Assembly: GCA_001790095.1 (NCBI GenBank)
Contig: MGBH01000001.1
Location: 150,001 to 182,000, forward strand
DNA from: Candidatus Saccharimonadota bacterium
GTDB lineage: Bacteria > Patescibacteriota > Microgenomatia > UBA1406 > GWC2-37-13
Length of the DNA stretch: 32,000 nt
Reading direction: 5' to 3'
Shown here: one piece after another, positions 1 to 6,829 of the stretch
Layout: every line of letters starts with the position of its first letter
Position numbering within the stretch: position 1 is the stretch's first letter
Position numbers and translations under genes: made by a program
The notes under the pieces: model-generated
What the model saw: the letters and a program-made list of their open reading frames with translations, nothing else
The model's database searches: none
Told to the model about the DNA's origin: nothing

Positions 1-999
1 GATGGATTGATCGATCGAATGAAGTATTTCTATAGCTTGGGCGAGGTTGTTATAAAAAAGATTTTTTGTGGGAAATAATGCAAGATGCGGAGAGACTGTT
101 TCTTTGGTTTTGGGATGAAGATACGTTGAACTAAGCGTCAATCGAGCGATAGCACCTACCATTAATAATTCTCCATCAAAGGAAAAACCCCTCGCATGTG
201 AGTAGGGTATGATAACTGCGTTTAGGTGATTATCAAAATCTTTTTCTTCAATGCTTATTCCTTCTGATGTTTGAATTTGACCATCAAGATAAGAAAAATC
301 ATGAGAGACAAGCGAGGTAAATACAAAAGGAGCCTGTACTTCATGAAAAAAAGTTGTTTGTGCAAACAGATTGATGAGTTTTACTATTTTAGGACGTATT
401 GCAAGAAGCGCAGGTACAAGTTTTTTTAAATCGTTAAGGTTTGGCAGTTTAATAAATCCTCCTACCATGGGAGTTGGAGCATGTACAGATCTCCCTCCAA
501 CTACTATAGAGAGTTGGTTCCCCGCCTCTTTTACTGCAAAAGCATCATCTAAGAAATCATGTTCAATCGGATCATGCATATCAAAATCAAGAATAGAATT
601 TTTCTTAAAAACATCAGGAAGTGCAAAGATGTAAAGATGAAGGGCATGGTCGCGAATGATCAGTCCATGATAGAGCAGCTTGCGAAATAGCATAGTCTGC
701 TCAGTGGGTGTAATGGAAAGAGCATTTTCAACAGCTTTAATTGATGCCAAAAGATGTGCATTGGAACAGGTTCCACATATACGGCTTACCAAAGCAGGTA
801 TGGCAAGTGCGGGTTTTCCCTGTATAGCTTGAGTATAAAAACGCTTCCACTCAGAGATGCTAAACTTCAAATCAACCACCTTATTTTCTTTGATCTGGAT
901 ATCTAAAGAGGCTGCTCCCTCTATCTTTGAGATCTCATCAAGTGTTATAGAATAGCTACCCTTTTCTATGTCGGAAAGATCAAAATTGGGATCGTGCAT
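1..999 (-). CDS. [NiFe]-hydrogenase large (alpha) subunit, group 3b-like. Only the N-terminal 333 codons are present; the C-terminus lies beyond the left edge.
   Basis: It is absent from the ORF track because it has no stop in the window. Reverse translation from the ATG (complement of 997-999) stays open to base 1: MHDPNFDLSDIEKGSYSITLDEISKIEGAASLDIQ...PALVSRICGTCSNAHLLAS...RDHALHLYIFALPD...GGRSVHAPTPMVGGF...NNLAQAIEILHSIDQSI. RICGTCSNAH matches the N-terminal Ni-Fe ligand motif RxCGxCxxxH. The overall pattern resembles cytosolic sulfhydrogenase-type alpha subunits. Confidence 0.85.
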   Translation of the reverse strand, partial: MHDPNFDLSDIEKGSYSITLDEISKIEGAASLDIQIKENKVVDLKFSISEWKRFYTQAIQGKPALAIPALVSRICGTCSNAHLLASIKAVENALSITPTEQTMLFRKLLYHGLIIRDHALHLYIFALPDVFKKNSILDFDMHDPIEHDFLDDAFAVKEAGNQLSIVVGGRSVHAPTPMVGGFIKLPNLNDLKKLVPALLAIRPKIVKLINLFAQTTFFHEVQAPFVFTSLVSHDFSYLDGQIQTSEGISIEEKDFDNHLNAVIIPYSHARGFSFDGELLMVGAIARLTLSSTYLHPKTKETVSPHLALFPTKNLFYNNLAQAIEILHSIDQSI

Positions 1000-1023
1000 T
1001 TATCAGTTATAAAGTTTATAATT

Positions 1024-1497
1024 TTATTGTTGCTTGAGTACTTTATTCATAAGATCTAAGAATATCTGTTCATTCATAGGGCATCCGGGGATCACAACGT
1101 CTACCTTCACTACATCAGATAGTTTTAAAACTTTTTCTTTGTACTTAAATTTAGCCAATATCTCTTTTATTTCTACGGTTTGGTTTTCTTTAAAAAAATT
1201 CCTTTGATTTGAAGGGGCGCCGGTCACCGCGCACGAACCTATTGCAACAAGGGTAGTTGCCTGCTGGCGGATCTTTTTGAGTTTCTTTTCTTGCGTGTCT
1301 GAACTTATTGCGCCCTCAACAAATGCGATATCCATGTGTTGTATCTCTTTGGTATCATCTTTACGAAGGACTCTTGCATGTACAAACTCAAGGCGTTCAA
1401 ACCATTCTTTGTAGTGTTTATTCAAAAGCTCGGTAAAAATTATGGTTGAATCCTCACAACAAGTAAATGTAAACCAGCCAATACGAATTTTAGGCAT
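1024..1497 (-). CDS. [NiFe]-hydrogenase small (delta-like) subunit, minimal 157-aa form with a single Fe-S cluster
   Basis: KIRIGWFTFTCCEDS...DIAFVEGAISS...LVAIGSCAVTGAP...VVIPGCPMNE follows the NuoB/hydrogenase small-subunit (Oxidored_q6-type) layout. It has exactly four Cys (C13, C14, C89, C139). It sits directly upstream of the large subunit on the same strand. Confidence 0.85.
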   Translation of the reverse strand: MPKIRIGWFTFTCCEDSTIIFTELLNKHYKEWFERLEFVHARVLRKDDTKEIQHMDIAFVEGAISSDTQEKKLKKIRQQATTLVAIGSCAVTGAPSNQRNFFKENQTVEIKEILAKFKYKEKVLKLSDVVKVDVVIPGCPMNEQIFLDLMNKVLKQQ

Positions 1498-1503
1498 AAT
1501 ATC

Positions 1504-1512
1504 ATTGTAACA
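1504..1512 (-). promoter_or_regulatory. Extended -10 box (TGtTACAAT on the minus strand), 6 nt upstream of the hydrogenase small-subunit ATG
   Basis: The minus strand reads cgtaTGtTACAATgatattATG. There is no SD in the 6-nt gap. Confidence 0.55.
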
Positions 1513-1649
1513 TACGATAAAAGCTGAAATCCTAAATTATAAATCATAAATTCCAAACAAATTACAATACTAAAAAAACAATCGTTTGGAACATTGGATT
1601 TGGAGCTTGTTTGAGATTTGTTATTTGTAATTTTTCCTTTCAATTTTTT

Positions 1650-1658
1650 TGATATTAT
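1650..1658 (+). promoter_or_regulatory. Extended -10 box TGaTATTAT, 6 nt upstream of the ATG at 1665
   Basis: The plus strand reads tttTGaTATTATtactatATG. No SD is present. Confidence 0.55.
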
Positions 1659-1664
1659 TACTAT

Positions 1665-2726
1665 ATGACTCTTACCGAGGTATCTTATTTCAGTCGTAAA
1701 TTTGCCCCTTTTATCATTCTTATCTTTGTGGTATTTCTTATCATGTTTTACTCGGTTAAATTTTTTTTTCTTTATTCAGAACTTAACAAATCAAAAATCG
1801 TTGAGTTAAATCCCATCTTCAAAGAATTAAAACCGCTTGAGATCTCTGAAGCGACAAATAGCGCAGGTCACACTTACGTGTTTGATACTATCGAGGGTGA
1901 GCCGGTGACTGCGACCGAAACCGCTAAAATATTCTTTTTCCCCAAGAGCCAGTTTAGATTTGGGTATAAAGAAAAAATGTATCTGATGGCAAAAAGTTTG
2001 GGATTTGAATCAGGGATAACGCATGACCTCGTTGGGAAAACTGAAGCAGTCTTTGCAGATGAAAAAAGAAAGTTTCGTATAGACATAACCACGTTTAATT
2101 TTAAGTATGATCAAGATATTACCAGAAGCCCTGAGCTTTTTGAGGTAAACGGTGTTCCGGAGAAGGAAACTGCTCAAAATAGAGCTGTTGATTTTTTGAA
2201 ATCGTTTGATCGATATCCTGAAGGCCTAAGTCGAGGGCGCATGAACACCATTTTTTTACGCTATGATAAAGAAAGCAGTAAAACAGCGGTTTTAGAAGAT
2301 AATGTGGGAGCTAATATGATTGAGGTTGATTTTTACCGAGCAGATATTGACCAGTTTCCTATCGTCTCTCCAAAATATTTCAACAGCCAAAATTACGTAA
2401 CGATGGTTGTAACTAATGGGGACTATAAGGTAGTAAGTGCGCGGATACATTTTTATGAGACATCTGAAGGGCAAATTGGACTGTATCCCGTCATAGACGG
2501 AAAGACAGCTTTTGATAAACTTTCATCAGGAAAAGGATATATTATCGCGGGATCTGAAACATCAAAGGATGAGGTTGCGATTAAGCGAATGTTCATGGGG
2601 TACTATGACCCAGACATCTATCAAGAATATTTACAACCGGTCTATGTATTTTTAGGAGACGATAATTTTGTAAGCTACGTACCGGCAGTGACAGATCAAT
2701 ACCTTATCGACTATTCAAAATTATAG
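1665..2726 (+). CDS. Hypothetical membrane-anchored extracytoplasmic protein (353 aa)
   Basis: A long ORF with an N-terminal hydrophobic helix (FAPFIILIFVVFLIMFYSVKFFFLY) followed by about 310 aa of soluble sequence. I recognise no motif. Its promoter-like box is correctly placed. Confidence 0.6.
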   Translation: MTLTEVSYFSRKFAPFIILIFVVFLIMFYSVKFFFLYSELNKSKIVELNPIFKELKPLEISEATNSAGHTYVFDTIEGEPVTATETAKIFFFPKSQFRFGYKEKMYLMAKSLGFESGITHDLVGKTEAVFADEKRKFRIDITTFNFKYDQDITRSPELFEVNGVPEKETAQNRAVDFLKSFDRYPEGLSRGRMNTIFLRYDKESSKTAVLEDNVGANMIEVDFYRADIDQFPIVSPKYFNSQNYVTMVVTNGDYKVVSARIHFYETSEGQIGLYPVIDGKTAFDKLSSGKGYIIAGSETSKDEVAIKRMFMGYYDPDIYQEYLQPVYVFLGDDNFVSYVPAVTDQYLIDYSKL

Positions 2727-3616
2727 TAGGTTACATTTTCATCAATCCATCGCACTACATTTCTTGTGTCGTTGAATCGATCTTGACTCTTCATAATAAC
2801 AATGACAAACTGATGACCATTTTTTTTATAGAAACTGACCAGATTTTCTCCCGCATTTTCAGTGTAACCTGTCTTAAGGCCACCAATCCCATGGATTTCG
2901 CCTAAGAGCTTGTTTACATTGGTTAATCTATGAAAATAGATATAATCAACATCTGATATCACTATTTCCTTCGTTGCGACAAAACGGGCCAAATATTTAT
3001 TTTTTAAAAGTTCTCTTGCTGCAAGGGCAAGATCAAAAGGTGTTGTATATTGATCTGAATTATCAAGTCCAGCTGGGTTCTCAAACCTGCTTGCCTCCAT
3101 ATGCAGGTTTTTTGCCTTTTCGTTCATAAGTTTTATGAATTTGGAGTACCCGGCATTTTCAGCAAAGGTAAAGGCGGCGTCATTGGCTGAATGGACAAGA
3201 ATACCATATAGTAAGTTTTCAGCCGTAATTTTTTCTCCTTGTACAAGATTCATAATCTGTCCTTCATAAGTGGCATTTTTTACTGTCAAAATGTCTTCAG
3301 GTTGAAACATGTCATTTACTACAAGAGCAGTTACAATTTTAGTGGTTGACGCGGGAAAAAATAAATGGTGGCTATTACGTTCAAATAGAGGTGTAAAAGA
3401 AGGGAGATCTGCGATGTAAGCTCCCTCGGCCGTGATTTCGGGGTCGTATGGATACCTGCGTATGGGTATAGGACCGATCTCTATTTTTTTATCAGCCTTC
3501 TTTGCGTTAAACAGATCTCTGTTATAGGCAAAAATATGATAATAATAAGAATCTCCCGGATAAAAGAGAAACAATAATGTAAAAAAAATGAAATAAACGT
3601 AAAATCGATACTTCAT
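2711..3616 (-). CDS. D-alanyl-D-alanine carboxypeptidase (serine peptidase S11, PBP5/6-like)
   Basis: An N-terminal TM helix is followed by the three penicillin-binding motifs in order: SxxK (PASTTKIV), SxN (HSANDAA) and KTG (LKTGYT). Confidence 0.85.
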   Translation of the reverse strand: MKYRFYVYFIFFTLLFLFYPGDSYYYHIFAYNRDLFNAKKADKKIEIGPIPIRRYPYDPEITAEGAYIADLPSFTPLFERNSHHLFFPASTTKIVTALVVNDMFQPEDILTVKNATYEGQIMNLVQGEKITAENLLYGILVHSANDAAFTFAENAGYSKFIKLMNEKAKNLHMEASRFENPAGLDNSDQYTTPFDLALAARELLKNKYLARFVATKEIVISDVDYIYFHRLTNVNKLLGEIHGIGGLKTGYTENAGENLVSFYKKNGHQFVIVIMKSQDRFNDTRNVVRWIDENVTYYNFE

Positions 3617-3639
3617 AGGTGTTTTCTAGTCTTTTTATA

Positions 3640-5454
3640 CTATACAGAGAAATCATCAAGCGTAGGAGCTGAGATGCGGACGTAGTCCTGATATTCCATC
3701 TCAATCGATTGGGCGTGATCTCCTGCATTAAATACGATTCTTTTATTCACGCCCAAACCTTTATCGACAAACAAAGGTAACGTGAACAGATTGCCAAATG
3801 GGGGTACGGCACCGATCTCTACTCCTATTAGCTTTTTTACTTCTTGTGGTGTAGCCATTCGCAAATCTTTAATATGTTGTGTGGTTTTGAATCTTTTTGT
3901 ATCTACCTTGCGATGTGCGGGTAATACCAACATCAGGGGTTTGCCATCGGCATACATAAGAAGCGCTTTTGCGCCTTGTTGCAGGGTAGTTCCTCTTACT
4001 TTTGATGCCTCAAGGGAGGTGTAGACCGGTTTATGCATCAAGTGTTTAAACTCAACCCCATTTTGTTTAAGCATCGCTTGAATCCGCTCAAACACGGAGA
4101 TGTTTGTTTGCGAAACTGGCGGTGTATTTTGTTCTTCTTTTGATAAACGTATATCGATCCGTTCCATGTCTCTTGGAAACAAGGTTGCTTCCCGAATATT
4201 GCTTAATCCCAAGATATTCATCGTTATTCTCTCAAGTCCAAGGCAAAATCCTCCCTCAGGCGGCATGCCGAATTTAAAGGCTTGAAGATATGGTGTTTCA
4301 AATGCTTTTGGATCACACTTCCACTTTTTGATATTTTCAACAAGTTTTTTGTAATCATGGATTCGTTGTCCTCCGGTGATCCATTCTTGTCCGCGGCCTA
4401 TCATGTCAAAACTCAGTGTCTCCTCTGGACTCTCTGGATCTGGGTGAGTATACATAGGGCGTTTTTTTGTCGGATAGTGAGTGATAAAAACAAGCTCGCT
4501 TTGATGATTCTCTTTTGCCCATCGCCACATCTCCCTTTCACCTTCTGGATCAAGGTCGGGTTCTTGTCTTATGTCTCGTTTAGTTCTGTCAAATATGATC
4601 TGTTGAGCTTCTTTTAGTTTTACTCTGGGTATATGATCGCTTACTTGGGGAGTATCGATGTCATATAAAGACAGTATATCCTGATGTTTTTCTTTGACCG
4701 CTTTAAATATCTCCTTGACTAAAAGTTCGGCTGTATCCATAATCTCAGTCCAACTGTCGATAAAACCCATCTCAGCATCAAGTCCTACATATTCGGTGAG
4801 ATGACGTGTAGTGACTGAAGGTTCGGCACGATATGCATGGGCGACCGTGAACACTTTTTCAAAGATCGAGACCATGATTTGCTTATAAAACTGTGGACTT
4901 TGAGCAAGGTATGCTTTATGTTCAAAGTATTGGATAGGAAAGACTTCGGCTCCTCCTTCAGTAGCTGTTGCGACCATGGTTGGAGCTTGAAATTCCGTGA
5001 AGCCAAGATTCTTCATGGTAGAGCGGAATGTCTGGACGATAGTCTCTTGTACTCTAAATATAGCTTGGATCTTTGGGTGTCTAAGGGTAAGCGGTCGGTA
5101 ATCAAGTAGTATTGGTAATGTAACATCAAGGTTTTCTTTGGCGATATCAAAGGGAAGTTCTTCGGCCTTGGAAAGAAGTTTAAACTCCCTCGCCTCAATT
5201 TCGATTTTTCCTGTTAGTATCTTTGGGTTGATGAGTTTATCTGGTCGCTTCTTCACAATTCCCCTGATGCTGACGACAGCCTCAGGCGAAAGCGTCTTAA
5301 ACTCCTCTCCTCCGACAACTTGTACTATACCGGTTTTATCTCGCAGATCCAAGAAAACAATCTTTTTGTGGTCCCGTTTTGTATTGATCCAGCCCTTAAG
5401 CTCAACTTCTTGACCGATTTGGTTTAAGGTGTCCACAATATATAAAGTTTTCAT
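3640..5454 (-). CDS. aspS: Aspartyl-tRNA synthetase (archaeal/eukaryal-type class IIb) with a C-terminal YbaK/ProX-like domain (604 aa)
   Basis: Residues 1-433 form the AspRS core: an N-terminal OB fold (VELKGWINTKRDHKKIVFLDLRDKTGIVQVV), then QSPQFYKQ, YRAEPS (motif 2), GGQRIH and GFCLGLERI (motif 3). Residues about 453-604 (...HKPVYTSLEASKVRGTTLQQGAKALLM...GVEIGAVPPFGN...IVFNAGDH...) resemble YbaK/ProX aminoacyl-tRNA deacylase domains. Confidence 0.9.
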   Translation of the reverse strand: MKTLYIVDTLNQIGQEVELKGWINTKRDHKKIVFLDLRDKTGIVQVVGGEEFKTLSPEAVVSIRGIVKKRPDKLINPKILTGKIEIEAREFKLLSKAEELPFDIAKENLDVTLPILLDYRPLTLRHPKIQAIFRVQETIVQTFRSTMKNLGFTEFQAPTMVATATEGGAEVFPIQYFEHKAYLAQSPQFYKQIMVSIFEKVFTVAHAYRAEPSVTTRHLTEYVGLDAEMGFIDSWTEIMDTAELLVKEIFKAVKEKHQDILSLYDIDTPQVSDHIPRVKLKEAQQIIFDRTKRDIRQEPDLDPEGEREMWRWAKENHQSELVFITHYPTKKRPMYTHPDPESPEETLSFDMIGRGQEWITGGQRIHDYKKLVENIKKWKCDPKAFETPYLQAFKFGMPPEGGFCLGLERITMNILGLSNIREATLFPRDMERIDIRLSKEEQNTPPVSQTNISVFERIQAMLKQNGVEFKHLMHKPVYTSLEASKVRGTTLQQGAKALLMYADGKPLMLVLPAHRKVDTKRFKTTQHIKDLRMATPQEVKKLIGVEIGAVPPFGNLFTLPLFVDKGLGVNKRIVFNAGDHAQSIEMEYQDYVRISAPTLDDFSV

Positions 5455-5461
5455 ACCTCCA

Positions 5462-5469
5462 ATGATACA
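5462..5469 (-). promoter_or_regulatory. Candidate -10 box (TG-TATCAT on the minus strand), 7 nt upstream of the aspS ATG
   Basis: The minus strand reads ttTGTATCATtggaggtATG. The GGAGG lies only 1-2 nt from the ATG, too close to act as an SD. Confidence 0.35.
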
Positions 5470-5540
5470 AATTCTTGGTCTTCTTTACAAGGCTTTAAGG
5501 AGCAGGTTTTTCTTTAAAAGAGTAAACTATTACCCTATAG

Positions 5541-5568
5541 TTGATTTTAAAATAAAAAGACTTATAAT
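5541..5568 (+). promoter_or_regulatory. Sigma-70-like promoter TTGATT-16 nt-TATAAT for the Prs-like gene
   Basis: TTGATT at 5541-5546, a 16-nt spacer, and TATAAT at 5563-5568. A 37-nt AT-rich leader runs to the ATG at 5606. Confidence 0.5.
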
Positions 5569-5605
5569 AGAGAGCATAATAATAATCTAAATAGATATTA
5601 TAAAT

Positions 5606-6829
5606 ATGTCTATTGAAGCTAGGCCAAAAGAATATAGAGTCAACCATCCGATGTATCGGTCTTATATTGATTTTCTTCGTGATTTAAAGAGTTCATTTTT
5701 AGATGTTCCTCGTTTATTTGTTCAAAAAACTACATTCAAAAATCAAGCTTCATGGTTGAAAACTTTTAAGGGAGTAAGAGGTTTACGAAGTGAGGTTGTA
5801 CAAAATGATGACGTAGCTTATGTTCCTTTTTGGATCGATCCAAATCAGTTTAATGTAAAAATGGAAGAGGCAATGTATGGTACGGCAATGTTATTTAATT
5901 CGTTATTACATAGTGAAGATGATCGGGCACAACTTGTGAAACGAATCATTGGAATAGCTCCCTATATTGAGGTTCGTGAAGATAAAGACGGTTCTGGGGT
6001 AGATGGCGATCGTGATGCTGGAGAAGCTATTGATGCTGAAATAATAGGACGTGAACTTGCAGTTCAAGGTTTAAACGGTCAAAAGCTAGTTTGGTTAAGT
6101 CCACATAGTTATGAAGCTTATAAAATGATTTCTCGGCCTGTCATACCTATTCCAGAAAAAAAACCATATAAAATGAGCGTTGAGGTTTTACCAATTTCAT
6201 CTGCTCCTTTATTTGCTCAGAAAGTAAAAGACGCAAATCTAGTTAGTGAAAATACAGTGATTGTATCACTTGATAAAGGGAGTCTTCAGCAGTGCGTTCA
6301 TTTTGTCGACCTTCTCGGTTTAGATGTTAAGACCAATCTTGTAGCATTCGATAAAAAGAGAAAAGGACACAATCAAGTAAAAGATCTATCAATGATTTAT
6401 GGAAATCCTGAGATGTTTAAAGGAAAAGATGTCATCATTTATGATGATTTAATTGATACTTTTGGATCAATGAAAAGCACTTGTGAGGCGTTAAAAGACT
6501 TAGGTTGTAGAACGATTACCATAATTGCAACACATGGTGTGTTGTCATATCCTGCACGTGACAATATTTTAGATGCAATAGCTACAGGAATAGTCAATAA
6601 AGTTATGATGACAGATTCACTGCCCTATGCCTCAGATTATTTTGAAGATCTCAAAGAGCATGTTGAGATAGTGAATGTTGCAAAATTGCTTGGAGTTTTT
6701 GCTCAGCTATTTAGCGTTTCTTCAGTTGAAGATCTTCGCAGAGATCCAACACTTTCACCTTATATTGTTATCCCAGAAGATAAAGAGAGATATTGGCGAT
6801 CATTTAAGAAAAGAGTTGGTTTACAATAA
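5606..6829 (+). CDS. Divergent ribose-phosphate pyrophosphokinase (Prs)-family / phosphoribosyltransferase protein (407 aa)
   Basis: The C-terminal half aligns by eye with Prs: VIVSLDKGS..., DKKRKGHNQV (compare DKRRPRANV) and KDVIIYDDLIDTFGSMKSTCEALKDLGCRTITIIATHGVLS (the PRPP-binding loop, compare DDMIDTGGT). The N-terminal half keeps IAPYIEVREDKD (compare IPYFGYARQDR) and LSPHS (compare DLHA). It also carries an N-terminal extension of about 40-90 aa and an acidic insert (DGSGVDGDRDAGEAIDAE). Confidence 0.65.
   Translation: MSIEARPKEYRVNHPMYRSYIDFLRDLKSSFLDVPRLFVQKTTFKNQASWLKTFKGVRGLRSEVVQNDDVAYVPFWIDPNQFNVKMEEAMYGTAMLFNSLLHSEDDRAQLVKRIIGIAPYIEVREDKDGSGVDGDRDAGEAIDAEIIGRELAVQGLNGQKLVWLSPHSYEAYKMISRPVIPIPEKKPYKMSVEVLPISSAPLFAQKVKDANLVSENTVIVSLDKGSLQQCVHFVDLLGLDVKTNLVAFDKKRKGHNQVKDLSMIYGNPEMFKGKDVIIYDDLIDTFGSMKSTCEALKDLGCRTITIIATHGVLSYPARDNILDAIATGIVNKVMMTDSLPYASDYFEDLKEHVEIVNVAKLLGVFAQLFSVSSVEDLRRDPTLSPYIVIPEDKERYWRSFKKRVGLQ

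Noticed and set aside
371-634. 87-aa plus-strand ORF from the track
   Set aside because: It lies antisense inside the clearly recognisable hydrogenase large-subunit frame. It has a TTG start, low-complexity composition and no motif.
1440-1643. 67-aa minus-strand ORF spanning the hydrogenase promoter region
   Set aside because: It overlaps the 5' end of the small-subunit gene in another frame and runs through the AT-rich intergenic region. This is most likely a chance ORF.
1498-1664. Possible tRNA or small structured RNA in the largest intergenic regions (also 5455-5605 and 30121-30226)
   Set aside because: These regions are very AT-rich, with no GC-supported stems, no cloverleaf-compatible segments and no conserved-looking boxes. 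They are adequately explained as promoter and leader regions.
5455-5460. GGAGG (minus strand) immediately upstream of the aspS ATG as a Shine-Dalgarno
   Set aside because: Only 1-2 nt separate it from the ATG, which is too close for SD function. A leaderless start downstream of the TATCAT box explains it better.
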